A stretch of 63,964 nucleotides of DNA, counting the filler, from Polymyxa betae A26-41 (lineage: Eukaryota > Protista > Endomyxa: Phytomyxea): assembly GCA_003693705.1 (NCBI GenBank). It is 8 parts of 8 records of this genome, joined end to end, with 100 filler letters (N's around TTAATTAATTAA, not from the genome) between each part and the next. Parts side by side here need not be neighbours in the genome. Positions count along the whole stretch, not along the records: positions 1 to 17,988 come from RBZT01000147.1; 7 more parts are not named here. One strand, 5' to 3'. Position numbers and translations under genes: made by a program. Shown piece after piece: positions 1 to 13,097 of the stretch (position 1 is the first letter of the stretch; each line of letters opens with the position of its first letter). Under the pieces are notes generated by a model. The model saw nothing but the letters and a program-made list of their open reading frames with translations, did no database searches and was not told where the DNA came from.

Positions 1-29
1 TAGTTATGAATGATGACTCTCATCTTGTA

Positions 30-836
30 GGAATGTTCAACAAGGAAATGATTTCTGGAATGCAAATCTGCATGATATTGATTCACAGGCAATCTCTGAT
101 AATAGCACATAATGAAACAGTTTACATTACTGATCGGACATGTTTGTCATCTGGTTGATTCTGTTCAAAGGTACAATCAATTTATAATGGAAGAATTCCA
201 GACGACGAAAGCCATCAGCATGTTGAGAAGCCTGAACCAATGTCACACAAAAAGCCGAGGTAATAGTCAGATCAATACAGTATTGATACAGAATCCTTCA
301 ATGTCTTTAGCCACCTCATTCAACGTGTAAGATTTCGTTAGTTGCTCTGATAAGATTCCAAATGTTTCAAAATGTCCCCAAATGGTGTTGATCCTCATGC
401 CTTCTAACGACTGCATCTGTGAGAGAAGGTCGGGAATCTCCCTCCAGGTAACTTGAACCTCATCAAATTACGAAGCATCTGCGGTAAAGCTGAGCTCGAG
501 CGTCTCAAGAGCTGCGCAGGCTTACACGATTTTTGCAAAAAAGCAGCATTTCGTATCTTTGTTACATCCTGTTTCCATAAGTGGTTCGCAGCTCGACTCC
601 CGATTTTATGAATCACTTTCTCACTTCGTTTGGACAGTGGACGTTCTGGTGATTCGTACAGATCCAACTCTGGCGTATACTCAGCATATGCAAGCCCTCC
701 TGTTAGTGGAATAATTATCAAATTAGAACTTTGACAGATTTAAAGATGGGACCTGCTTTGTCTTCTCCATAAGTTGCCTTCTATTGTCCATTGCTTGAGT
801 GATATTCTTCTCAGTCTTAATTGTTTGCGCGATGAT
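30..836. repeat. Left copy of a ~0.7-0.8 kb dispersed inverted repeat (partner ~12418-13097); decayed coding-like sequence
   Basis: ggaatgttcaacaaggaaatgatttctggaatgcaaatctgcatgatattg at ~30 is the reverse complement of ~13045-13097. The match stays colinear to ~836, with indels; ~410-495 is missing from the partner. Confidence 0.9.
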
Positions 837-1676
837 ATTTCTTTGAAAGTCTGACGAGGCTCAAGCACATTAGTCGAGCTTCACATGTGAACAAAGTATG
901 GATTTGTGACAATTCTTCGGCTTTATCAAACAGATCCAAAACGGCACCGCCACAAGCGACCTGCATTAACGAAGTCAGAAACTGTAAGTCGAAGCCAAAG
1001 GACGTTGATCACCCAGGTTTCTTCCGGGCTGAGATTTTCCACTTTTTTTATTTGACAATGTTGCCAAAACTCAGCGGCAAAATCTTGCTGAAGTTGGCAA
1101 CGTTTTAGTACAACTGCGATCAGCGTTCGAGCGAGTTTGGATGCCAAAGCATTAACCTGTTTTAAATCAATGCACTTCAGCCATTCCACTATCCAGCTGA
1201 TCTTTCACTTCGTCGAAAGCATAAGGAAGAGCTTCTGCGAAACTCGAAGACTAATGAGCGATAAAGGACTATCAATGCATTCAGCTCAAAAAACGGTACC
1301 ACGGATTTCGGAAATCGGAATATCGGGAACCTTTATTACATGTGCGAGCTCAGAGGGCAAGTACCAACCAGCCAGACGACGCAACTTGATGGGATGGGAA
1401 ATCGTCAGAATTTGACGATTCAGTCTCTACAACTGGGCACGAAATGCGGTCTCTATTAAGAGATTCGACGATTATGAGCGCTCATGAAGACAGTTTACTA
1501 CAGCAGAAATTCCTTTGGTAACGATTTGCTTCAATTTTTGTGCGTAACGATTTCCATCAATTTGTGCGTGACCTGATGGTCGCCATTTAGACTACGGTTT
1601 GATCTTGCTAATTTTTTTCCTGCTTGAAATATATAGTGCTGTTTGGACACTGCAAATAGTCAAGATTCAAACAGCA

Positions 1677-3935
1677 TGAGTTCAGAGCCCATTCTAATTG
1701 TTTATGGCACACAGTCAGGCAACTGTCATCGTCTAGCGCTAAGAGCGCAGCAGGAGCTGCGTCTTACCGGTCGCCAATCTCGAGTTTATTCTATGAAGAA
1801 TGTCAGTTGCCTTTCATTTAGACGATCGGATTCATTGATACATTGCTCTAGTTTGATCCGGAAGACTTAAATTCCAACGATGTCGTATTGGCTCTCATTT
1901 CGACCTATTCTGGCGGGCAACCTCCTGATGATGCGAAATTCTTCTGTACATGGGTTGAAGAAGCCAGTCAAGATGTTCGAGTTCCAAAAGATTTACTTTC
2001 GAATACAAGATTTGCTGTTTTTGGTCTTGGTGATCGCGCTTATGAGGAACAGTATTGGATTGTTATATTCGGTATTCATTCGGGCTTACTGGGTTTCTCA
2101 GGTTTAATCTTTCGGCAATTGATCTGCATGAAAACCTATTAAAGCTGAAAGGAATGGCTTTGTGCAGTCCACGCCTTTCCGATGTCAATTCGGACGGAGA
2201 TGATCTTGAAGATTGGATCGCGGATATCACTGAGGCATTGAATAGTGGGAAGACATTGCCAGGACGTGCTCCGGTCATTGATCTTGAAGATATGGGTGAT
2301 GCCATGACAAAATCTAACCAAACCAAAGAAACCGATATGGTCACATCTAAGATTCGAGCGAATCTTAGCAAACAAGGCTATAAGATTATTGGCTCACATT
2401 CTGGTGTTAAACTTTGTCGATGGACAAAAGCACAGCTTCGAGGAAGAGGTTCGTCAATCACATCTCACTTCAAAATAGCTCATCTCTGTGCTTAGGTGGA
2501 TGCTATAAGCACACCTTCTATGGTATAACTAGCTACCAGGTTAGCTTGGATTATCTTCTAAATGTCCCAATCTTAAATATAATATCAGTGTATGGAAATG
2601 ACACCAAGTTTAGCCTGCGCTAACAAATGCGTTTTTTGCTGGAGACATCAAACGAATCCAGTGGGAACCGAATGGCGTTGGAATATGGATGATCCTGAGA
2701 TGATCTTGAACGGAGCCATCGAACAGCATTGCAAAATGATCAACACAATGAGAGGTACTCTCAGATGCGTTCTGATTGTTCGTGAACTATAATTTGTCAG
2801 GCGTTCCGGGAGTCATTGCGGAACGGTTTGCAGAAGCATTTCAAGTTCGTCATTGTGCTCTTTCCTTAGTTGGAGAGCCGATTATGTAAGTCATCAAATA
2901 CTGTTCGCTTCTACGATGATTAACAAAGACGTAGGTACCCGGTATGTATTTGATATATGTGCTTGTCATTTTCTCATTTATTCTCATCATCGTCAGAAAA
3001 TCAATACTTTAGTCGGAATGATGCATGCTCGTAAGATATCCACTTTTCTCGTAACGAACGCCCAGGTATTGAAGTTGCTTTACCTGCACATTGGATGGTC
3101 TCAAATATCTGCAGTTTCCAGATTTGATTCGTGAAATGGATCCCGTTACTCAACTTTATGTATCAATTGATGCTGCTGACCGTGATACTCTGAAGGAAGT
3201 TGATCGCCCATTATTTTCTGATTTCTGGGATCGGTAATATTACTTTCACATCTCTACAAGCGCCACTAAGTTTTGAACAGTTTTATTGGGTCATTGGAAG
3301 CAATCAAGCAAAGTTCACAGAGAACTGTTTTCAGATTGACATTACTGAAAGATTATAACATGAGCGAGGTCGTTCGCTATGCATCATTGGTCGAAATCGG
3401 CCAACCATGCTTTATCGAAGTCAAAGGAGTCACATTCTGTGGATCCAACGAGAAGTCTGACCTTACTATGAAGAATGTCCCGTTCCATTCTGAAGTAACT
3501 TTGGTGATTGATTATGCAAACTTCTCATTGCTGAAGTATTCTAGGTTCGTGATTTCTGTGAGGCATTATGTGCTGAAATAGGTGGCGATCAATACGAGCT
3601 CGCCTGCGAACATGAACATTCGTGCTGTGTTCTAATTGCTAATACCAAGTTCAAAATTGATGGTAAATGGCATACATGGATTGATTACGATCGTTTCCAT
3701 CAGGTCTGTACCATTAATGTTGATTTAAAAGTCGGTTCTCATATTTTCATAGCTGGCTACATCTGGTGCCGCCTTTAGCCCTCATGATTATGCTGCTGAA
3801 ACGCCTTCTTGGGCTGTTTATAACAACGACCATAAAGGATTCGACCCAGTTGATACTCGGTTCCTCCGCAATAGCCATAAACCAAGGCCCACGAAACGCG
3901 ATGCTGATGGATCTGCAATAATTGAATCTCCATAA
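1677..3935 (+). CDS. TYW1: tRNA wybutosine-synthesis protein 1 (flavodoxin + radical SAM), multi-exon
   Basis: Motifs ILIVYGTQSGN, STYSGG, FAVFGLGD (flavodoxin); HSGVKLCRWTK, GGCYKHTFYGI, TPSLACANKCVFCWRH (CxxxCxxC), HCALSLVGEPIMYP, FIEVKGVTFCG, WHTWIDY. GT-AG introns at e.g. 1802-1851, 2052-2101, 2886-2934 and 2942-2996 restore the frame. TAA at 3933-3935. Confidence 0.96.
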
Positions 3936-3955
3936 AAATGGCGACCCAATGTAAT

Positions 3956-6131
3956 TTATTCCAATTGTTTTTGGATTCGCGACAAGAGATTAACCATAAA
4001 CATTGCATTCTTTTCAGCTTTTTGTCGCCACTCCCGCTCTACTTCTATGCATCGCGTTAGATTCGCTAGTAGAATTGGGTTCACCTTCGATAATGGCAGA
4101 TCTTGGATGCATCGAGTGCCGTCAAGTACGGATTCCGATAATTTTTTTAAATGCTGCTCCATTGCAAACATCAGACATCATCTCTTGAACCTATGATATT
4201 CTGAATGTACCTCGCCCCATTCCGCATGGATTGCAGATATCTGTCCGAAGAAGTTCATGCTAATGATATCGTCGTCATCGGAGTCGCTTCTGCTTAGTCT
4301 AAATGACGATATGCTCCCTTCGTCTCTGTCGGGTATGTCCGGCTGTGATTTTAGAATACGCCTTCACATGGTTCAAAAAATCTTACCATAGAAAGCACAG
4401 ACATCGGCCCATTTGTGTAACTCCAAGGTTTATGTTTTGCAATTTCTTCACAGGTGACTTCGACGTTGCCAGCAGTTGTACCTCGCTGGATTTCACCATC
4501 TCTGTGATGTAGAAAATCTAGGCAAGAGTATCTTTGGAAAATCAAATCGTGATGCTCAATTATAAAGGCAACCAAATCTTGTTGTTGAGTTCCACTGTAG
4601 AAACGTTAGACTAAACTATAGTTTAAATAACCAGAAAAACCTGTAAATATCATTGATAAGAGGCTCTGCCCTTCTTAGAACGTTCGGCCCGAAAACAATC
4701 CCCAGATTATAGTTACTCATCTTGTTTTCAGCACATCGCTGGCTTACGCGATTAAAGAAAGCAAAGACGTATTCCGATAGGGCCAAATGAGTTGCAGGTA
4801 GCACACCAAATATGTCTCGCAGGCGATCACATTTCTGCTGTATTGAAATGGATCTTTCTGTGAGTAACCGATTAAACGCGTTTCTTGGGGGGAAAGTGAC
4901 ATTCGTACCTGCAGAAGTAGATAATCGCATGAACTCATCGAAATAATTAAAAGTAAGTAGAGGTGGATTCAATTGCCTGATTATAGTCTTAATCATGTTG
5001 CAAATTGAATGCTGAAGTGATGTCAGATTTTTGTTTGAAAAATGATTAACTCGAACCTCGTCAACAGGAATTTCTAAATATGGAACTCCTTTCTCACAAC
5101 TTCTTCTTAGCGCTTGCATGCAAGGCAGAGAGCCGGCTACTCGAAAGATTCCTTCTGAATTCAAGCCGAATTCCTGTTCCAGCATATCGATCAAACGTAA
5201 TAACTGAACCTAAATGCTGTTAACAAAACTATCAAATATTAGTGATCTTGACGTCTCCACTTTAGCATATCGATAACCCAATATTTCCAATGTTTTCGTC
5301 CATTGCTTGAAATCAGAGACATCGTTTGCTTTCAGAACCAACGTCCTCCCGGGACAGGAGTTTTCTACCTAATTCAATATTGTTACGGAGATGCCAGGAT
5401 AACGAGGGCCTGAATACCGCAATCTGGAAGCAATGTGGTGAAATGTTAGAGGTGCTGTAATGACAAGCACCTAACGGGTATACATTCTTGGCAGGACGAT
5501 CCTTGTAATAATCATTCTCAGAATTATATGAGAAGAGCGTGAAGCTAGAAATAACTAAATTAGAAACAGCTATAAATAAAAAAAACAAATAACCTTTGCA
5601 AAATGCAGAACTGTTTCTTGAATTTGGTCGAATTCTTTTGTTTACGCCATAGCTGGCCCATGATAATTATCGGTTCATTTTTTGCTGGTTTATGATCCTT
5701 TGTGAGTCAGTTCATGATAGAGATACCTGGTCTATCCAATACCGTCAGTTTTTGCTGATCGTTTATGTCGGCTTTAGGAAATATGAGAAAATCAGGTATC
5801 AAATTTGGGTCATTCGACTCTCTGAATAATGGCCAATACGATAGGACAGACATGACCGTATCTTGGTCGTTTAATAAAAACTACAGGGTGAATTATTTCT
5901 TGACGATTATATGCAATATTAGCAAACCAGCTTTGCTACTGCTATTCGGATAACCAAATCGGAATCGGACTGACAATCCGGAAAGCAATGCGGTTTCTTC
6001 CTGACCATCATCTGCTTCAGATCGGCAATCGTTGTTTCTCCAGGGCAGAGTTGGACTGATTGTTCTCCATTAGGTAAATACAGCCTTATAGTGAAACAGA
6101 CAGATCCTGATTTGGGTGATCGTGGTGTCAT
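3956..6131 (-). CDS. Rho GTPase-activating protein (N-terminal Ubl/RA-like, PH, RhoGAP, C-terminal coiled coil), multi-exon
   Basis: GLNSEGIFRVAG (arginine finger) and ENKMSNYNLGIVFGPNVLR. PH-like MGQLWRKQKNSTKFKKQFCILQ...LVLKANDVSDFKQW across exons. Confidence 0.88.
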
Positions 6132-6444
6132 TGATCAAATGAAAGTTCCAAAGAAGAAATGAAAGAAGGCCGTAACCCCTTTCACTCTTTCAGTATGATC
6201 CCGCTATTTGCCTGTTCTCCATTTTAGGTACCTCTGTCCTCTGGCATTCAACGTGGTACAGTACGTGGTACTGTTTTTACTGGCTGCCCTTGGCTTAATT
6301 ACTTTCTGCGTCAGTTTACGCAGTTACGTTACAGTTAAGTCAACAAGTCAGAGCAACCCACTTGTCCGTTGCTCTGGCAAGTGAGACCTTTTCTTCAGAA
6401 ACTCTGTTCTGACCAGTGACCAACATAGTGTTCTAATCTGCATC

Positions 6445-6853
6445 ATGTCGGTTCCATTGAGGAAATGGTTCAATCATGTTGAGGTGAACGGGTTTCCAAA
6501 ATAACAGTCTCGACGAATTATTCATGCCGGTCTTAGACATGGCCGATCTTTGCTGTCGGCGGTGGTGCGGCTTTCGTTTGCGGCTTCTTCATGTACAGAA
6601 CCATTAGCAGAAACCCGGATATCAGGTTTGGGATGGGATTTTTATTATCGTTCAAATCTGAGTTCACTTTCCTTACAACAGTGTCGATAAATTGAACCGT
6701 GCCACTGCTATTCGTCAGAATTTTCAGGAAGGAGAGCAATTCATTAAAGGCAATGCAATTCGACAGCATGTTAAAGGCAGAGCTCATGGAATCTTCCCTG
6801 ATCTGAATGAAACTATGTCTAGACCATCAGCGTCTTCAAAGACGGAGCACTAA
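6445..6853 (+). CDS. B12D / NDUFA4 (MLRQ)-family small mitochondrial protein, 3 exons; not in the ORF track
   Basis: Spliced translation: MSVPLRKWFNHVE|TWPIFAVGGGAAFVCGFFMYRTISRNPDI|SVDKLNRATAIRQNFQEGEQFIKGNAIRQHVKGRAHGIFPDLNETMSRP. This fits the B12D pattern W..E.YP.F-TM-NP(E/D)V...R....N..EGE. Introns ~6484-6536 and ~6626-6681. Confidence 0.85.
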
Positions 6854-7009
6854 ATGTCCCTACTTTTCCAATGATTAAACTCCCATACAGAGATGCCGTC
6901 TCGTTTTATCTTTAACAAAGCTGTACTATGCCCTGCTGGTTTCAAAAGATTCTTTCAAAAGAAATGAATGTGATAAAGCCGTTTCGTAATATCAATGAAA
7001 CCGGAGTAG

Positions 7010-9705
7010 TTAACGTTTTTTTAGAAACATATTCCGAAAATCTGCATTTGATTTTCCTACTGATTCTTCCAGAATCGCATCATTACTTTGGGCTTGAGCA
7101 ACATTTAAAACGGGTTTTCTTGTTCTATCGACAGGAGCTTGAGGAATAGCAAATCCACGCGGATGAAAAACAGCAAGCTTTGACTCTTTCGACCCAGATA
7201 GATCACGCTTCAGGAACTTGTTGTTATCCTTTCCCGGAGGGTTAGATATTGCAACCGATACCTTGCACCCATTCATTGTAAATTCATTTTCAACAAGAGC
7301 AGCAGCCGATTCACTGTCCGTTTCAAATTCTATATATCCAATCCCCTTCAACTTGCCAGTTCTACTTTCAGTAGGAACTCGAACGCTTGAAATGTTTCCA
7401 TACTTTTCAAATCGAGAGCGTAACGCTTTCTCAGCATCTGCTTGTGAAGAACTCCTATCGAAACCTTTTACAAAGATGATATTGCTTTCAGGCCCGCCAG
7501 ATGCTTCAGTGGGATCAAAAAGGATCTTTCTTGGGGTTTTTCGTGCAGCGTTCTCTTTAAACGCTTCGACGCTAATAAAACGTCCATAAAGTTCACTCCG
7601 ATTCAAAGCACTGATGGCAGCTTCAACGCTTTCCGATTGAGCAAAATCAATGTAAGCAAAACCTCTTGTTCGACCTCGAACATCGCGGGGTATGCGAACT
7701 TGAATAACTTGGCCAAACGGACTAAACAATTGCTCGAGGACCTTCTCCGAGACTTTGTGATCGACATTCAAAACGAATGCAGTAAAAATAGCATCAGGCT
7801 TGACCACAGATAATTTCGGGTTTTTGGCGGTTTCCACAGCAGCTTTATGTTTGCTCTTCTTGGTGATATTATCACTGTGATTAGAGGACTCCAGTTTACG
7901 CTTAGTTGGGATGCTTGCTCTTTCGCCCTTTTCTGAACGTTTGAGATATTGATTGTCTAGCAGTAATGAAGCTTTGAAGGAAGCTTCGTCCCTAGTTTCA
8001 AGCGAACCATGTTCAGTTTCAAATCGGATCCACGCTGAGCTTATCGTCTCAAGGTTCTCATCATGTTGAAATATGTGGATTCCACGTCGAAATGCCGAAC
8101 GACATTTGTCGATGTCTCCAATTTCTTGTTCGAACCGGAAATACTGAAGCCAAAACTGAGGCTGTTTCCCGGCTTTTTTCAGTATTGTACTCCAACATTC
8201 ACGGGCACTTTCGACATTATTCAGAAGATGCAGCTCAACTTCAGCCCAATATCGGTACAGGGTGAAGACTGTATCTGTAAATGGTGATGCCTCTTGGGAA
8301 TATTGATCAAACTCAACAGCTCGTCTAAATAACATCCTAATAGTTTCTGGATCGGATTCCAAGTCCACCAATCGTGCTCGAGAATAACACATTTCCAGGA
8401 CAATTCTAATGTAATCGTCACTGGTTGGAAATGATTGGTTCATTGCTTCGTCGAAAATCAATCTGGCCTAAGCAAAATTAAGAGTCGTAGGGAACAATAA
8501 AAAAAAGCATTTTACGCTTTCAAGTGAGGTATCGTTTGCTGTTGACGTGATAATCCATTCACACCATAAACTGACGGCCCAGGGACAGTTCCTAATGGCT
8601 CTCCTACAAGCAACTAGAGCGAGAGATTCCTGTAAGGATTTCAGTTTAAGAGCACAAAGATGAGATTTTTATGATCACATACTTGTGCATTTCTGGAGCA
8701 GTGCATTCTCAAAAATCGAATGTATTTCTGCCATAAAGATTCGGAATTGAATAATACAGAAATGGCGCGCTCAAAGAGACAAGTAACGCGATTAACATGA
8801 ACGTGACCTTCTGAAAGTTCAGAACTGATATATGTGGTCCAAACAGAAAGGTCGATATGGTCAGCCTCAAGCAGCTTTGCTTCATACGGAAGCAAGCGAT
8901 TGTACACTGAATGTGCCTATCGGTAGTCAGCATAGTGAAATAAAGACAATGATGTTGCTTACCTTTGCAAATGATGCGACCTCAGGTGAAGAGCTATTAA
9001 AAGTAGACTGGTACCATTTCTTATATTCTTCCATAATATCGTCCATCTGAAGTAATGGAATGCCAAGCTGACGAATGTATAGCTTCTTCTGACGATCAGG
9101 ATCATATTCATATTTTCGGTACATTTCCCAAAGAGCTGATCCTTCTGTGAAATGTGCTCCACAGGAACTGATCGCTTTTTCAAACAAGGAAGTAACCTGA
9201 TCCCGGTCCTTGATCTGACTGGAAACGTATTCGACATATCGGAGAAAGATATCAATAGAAAGGAAATCCTGTACAGCTCGCTCGAATAGTTTGATAACAT
9301 CATTGGGCTTTGAACTGATGCGTATTTCGTCGTCGATCCATTGGATCCATATTGCTATGCTCTATTTCAGCGACGGCCGAACACGTTCAAACACTCCTGA
9401 CATTTATCCAAAGGAAATCGGGACGCCATGTCTTCACGTGCTTGACGTAATTCTTCAACCATCATTGCCGAGCGCAACACAGCGATATACTTCTCATAAT
9501 TCTCATATGAAGGGTTGAAACTCACCTAAAGATCATTGAAAAATTTCAGCAGCAATCTGTTCTGTCCCAAAACCTGTTGACTGAGCTGTAAAACTTCTTC
9601 TTGAACTTCGTCCATATCAGAGCTACCCGAGCTGCTCTCGTCATTGTCATCATCATTCATGTCGATGCTCTCAGCGACCAGAGCGTCGTCATTATCCTGC
9701 GACAT
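7010..9705 (-). CDS. SART3: SART3/PRP24 U4/U6 snRNP recycling factor (HAT repeats, two RRMs, C-terminal LSm-interaction motif)
   Basis: HAT repeats (LFERAISV, LWQKYIRF, FWLQYFRFE); RNP1 motifs RGFAYIDF and KGIGYIEF; terminal KSNADFRNMFLKK. Confidence 0.92.
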
Positions 9706-9956
9706 AATCAGCAGATTTTGTAAACAAACTGCGCAGCCTCAAACAAAACTTAATATTGGGTTTTCCAGCTCCACTGGGATTCTGCTGTCATGTTAATATT
9801 TCGCTCCTTATAGATTTATTCTCTATAGGTACATCCTAATCCTATTAGATATAGAGGGCGCTAGAATCACTATTCACCACCATTAGAAGTTACATTGCTA
9901 CTCTGTGAAAGGGACCCTCTTCTTGTGAGACAGTTAATTTCTCTCTTCGTTCGTTG

Positions 9957-11080
9957 ATGCCAAAATGCGATCCAATCTTGCTGGCTCCGGCCGCTTTAGG
10001 TATTCGACATTTTATATCAACTATGATTTCTCAGCGAACCATGCCAGGGAACCCAATAACAGCTTGGGCCCGGACCGAAAAGGAAATTGTCGTTTGTTAT
10101 GCAAGCGGGTTGATATTGTCGTTCCCTTTCAATAGGAATTTGAAGCGGCCCGGCCGGCGCCTTTCCATCGACAGTCGAGGAGTTCGAAAACACGCCATAG
10201 AACTGCAAAGTCACGATGAAGAAATGATTCGAGCTATTCGAATAGATGAGCATGATAACGTCACCGCTATTGTGGGCGATATCGGCATACGTGTATTCTC
10301 CAGCAATCAGCGCTGTCTAAGGTCCGGTATATCAAAATTTGATCAGGCTCGTCAATCATTCGTTTGCATCAACACCTTTGTGTTGAGCTCCGAAAGCGAA
10401 GCTATCATAGTGAAAGCTGGTGGCTATGAAGCCTTGATAGTCAACTTAGCGACACACATGCAAGAGAAATTATCCATCGCCTTGCCTCGACAGTCAGTGC
10501 CGATCTTTTTTGATTCCGAACGATTTATTTGGGTAACTGAAAGTATGGATTCGTCGTCCAACAAAATGGAGTCATATCTAAGCGTATCAAGGTATTGGTC
10601 TTTATCGGCTTCGTTTTTAATAGAGCAAATAAGGCGATTAATAGGTTGAGGGTCGGAGAGCGTTTCCAGAGGTTCCAACTGAGTGAAAGAACGATTAATT
10701 CTCCTGTTGACGTCTTGGATCGATATGTTGCATATGTTATCGGAAGGTCGAAAGAAAAAATTATGTTGCTCAGAATCGGTTGTGAAGATGATGTGAGAAA
10801 GCCAATGTTGATGCCAGAGCAGATCTGGTCTCTTAGAGCTCACAAGCATCCAATTGTTGCTTTGAAACTGTTTTTATCATCAATATTTGGCGTCCTCATT
10901 GTTAGCATATCGGAGACTGCCTCCATCAAACTGTGGAAGGACGCCAGATGTTTGCAAGTTTTTCGTCTGGCTCCCGCTGTATCGTTTTCGCTTGGGTATC
11001 CATACATTGTAAATTTCAATGGAAAGACTGTATGCTTTGTCGCTGATGAAGGTCTTTTCGAAGTCACTGTTCGAATTTAA
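9957..11080 (+). CDS. Putative beta-propeller/WD40-like protein, two exons (32-nt intron 10592-10623)
   Basis: The two overlapping ORFs join in frame via gtattgg...ttaatag. WD-like LRAHKHPIVAL...VSISETASIKLWK. Confidence 0.6.
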
Positions 11081-11469
11081 CCTGATCTGCATTGTTTGAT
11101 CTTGCATGCATTATATGCAATGTTTTCTTCGTTTCAAATCCACTGTCATGATCTTCTACAGCTTTTCACCGAAACGGTGTGGCATACATCACAATTGAAG
11201 GAGACTGTCGAAGTGGCATTGAAACCGAATTCCAATTGTTTTTGGAGTTCCACTGTATTCATATCGTATCTGGTCATTAAGGTGTTGCAAAGGCTGTCTT
11301 AAGTCTTGTTTTCAATCATCTTTAAACCTGCCTCGGATCAGTTCATCTAAAGGAAAACACTGTTTAAAGACAACACTAAATAAAAATCCAGTCCTTCTAT
11401 GTCACTGACTGATATCGTACAACATTGATATAGTTGCAGAGGGGAGATTTGCAAACAAAATCAAGTTTC

Positions 11470-11643
11470 AGACTGGATTCTGAGAGCAAGTATATTGCAT
11501 AAGATCAAGTTCTACAACTGTTTTCAGCTGAATTGACATGAAGCATTTTTGCATTCAGACTGGATTCTGAGAGCAAGTATATTGCATAAGATCAATTTCT
11601 ACAACTGTTTTCAGCTGAATTGACATGAAGCATTTTTGCATTC
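11470..11643. repeat. 87-bp tandem duplication
   Basis: gactggattctgagagcaagtatattgcataagatcaa(g/t)ttctacaactgttttcagctgaattgacatgaagcatttttgcattc occurs twice, with 1 mismatch. Confidence 0.95.
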
Positions 11644-11805
11644 CCTACGTAAAGTACATTCGATTACAAAATTGGCAGAGATTTATTCACCAGAAAAATG
11701 CTCGGGGCCAGGCTAAGCTGCAAAAGTTCAGAGAAATTGACGTTCGGTGCGACAATGACGTTAAATTGAACAGTGAAGTGCTAATGGTTGAAACAATAAT
11801 TATTT

Positions 11806-12240
11806 TCAGAAATTTCTGTCCTCATAGGACCTTGACATCTGCCTGGACCCACCACTACTGCCTGATACCTTGCGAAATTTATCGGCGATGCTCTTTCCTG
11901 CAGTCTTGGCACCAGAGACAGTGGCAGACATAAACTTGCCCATCGATTGCGAATCCTTGGATGACGACCTGCCTGTATGCTTCTCATATAACTTGGAAAC
12001 TTTATCACTTTTAGCGAAAGCAGCGCCAGCAGCGACACCTGCACCGACTAGCACAACAGTCGGCAGAATTAACACAGCAGCAGCGCCGACACTTGCACCG
12101 ATAGCATACTTAGTGAGGTTGCTTTCGCCTTCTTGCTCGCCTTCTGTCTGCTGCTGCTCCTGTGGTGGCGGCGACAGCGTATAGTCGAAATTAGTGGTGG
12201 AATCGTGCCAGGTCAGGGTCTCGTCATCAGACATCGACAT
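11806..12240 (-). CDS. Small hypothetical protein with a central Gly/Ala-rich hydrophobic segment
   Basis: Intronless ORF with an acidic N-terminus, YAIGASVGAAAVLILPTVVLVGAGVAAGAAF and a basic amphipathic tail. Confidence 0.6.
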   Translation of the reverse strand: MSMSDDETLTWHDSTTNFDYTLSPPPQEQQQTEGEQEGESNLTKYAIGASVGAAAVLILPTVVLVGAGVAAGAAFAKSDKVSKLYEKHTGRSSSKDSQSMGKFMSATVSGAKTAGKSIADKFRKVSGSSGGSRQMSRSYEDRNF

Positions 12241-12417
12241 GATGGTGATAGAGATATAGAAGAGAGAGACAGGCAGGTACAGATTACTATACACTTACCA
12301 ACCACTCTCTCTTATACTTGCGGTACTGTTAGTCAGTCAACACTATCATGATAATAATCGGTACGATATGAGAGACAGTCACGCATATTTTTGACACAAC
12401 GAGTCGCTAAGTTAAGT

Positions 12418-13097
12418 ATCATCGCAAATGATTCAGACTGGGAAGAATATCACTCAAGCAATGGGCAATAGAAGAAGGCAAAGCAGGTCCATCTTTAAAC
12501 TGTCAGAGTTCTAATCTGATAATTATTCCACAAACAGGAATGCTTGCATATGCTGAGTATTGGCTGAGTTGGGTCTGTACGAATCACCAGAACGTCCACT
12601 GTCCAACCGAAGTGAGAAAGTGATTCATAAAATCGGGAGTCGAGCTGCGAACCACTTAAAACAATATGTAACAAAGATACGAAATGCTGCTTTTTTGCAA
12701 TCGTGTAAGCCTGAGCAGCTCTTGAATCGTTAGAAGGCATGATGATCAACACCATTTGGGGACATTTTGAAACGTTTGGAAACTTATCAGAGCAACTAAC
12801 GAAATCTTACACGTTGAATGAGGTGGCTAAAAGAATTCTGTATCAATACTGTATTGATCTGACTATTACCTCGGCTTTTTGTGACATTGGTTCAGGCTTC
12901 TCAATATGTTGATGGCTCTCGTCGTCTGGATTTCTTCCATTATGAATTGATTGTACCTTTAAACAGAATCAACCAGATGACAAACATGTCCGATCAGTAA
13001 TGTAAACTGTTTCATTATGTGCTATTATCAGAGATCGCCTGTGAATCAATATCATGCAGATTTGCATTCCAGAAATCATTTCCTTATTGAACATTCC
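12418..13097. repeat. Right copy of the dispersed inverted repeat (partner 30-836); the decayed segment continues to ~13560
   Basis: Direct reverse-complement identity with 30-836. Confidence 0.9.
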
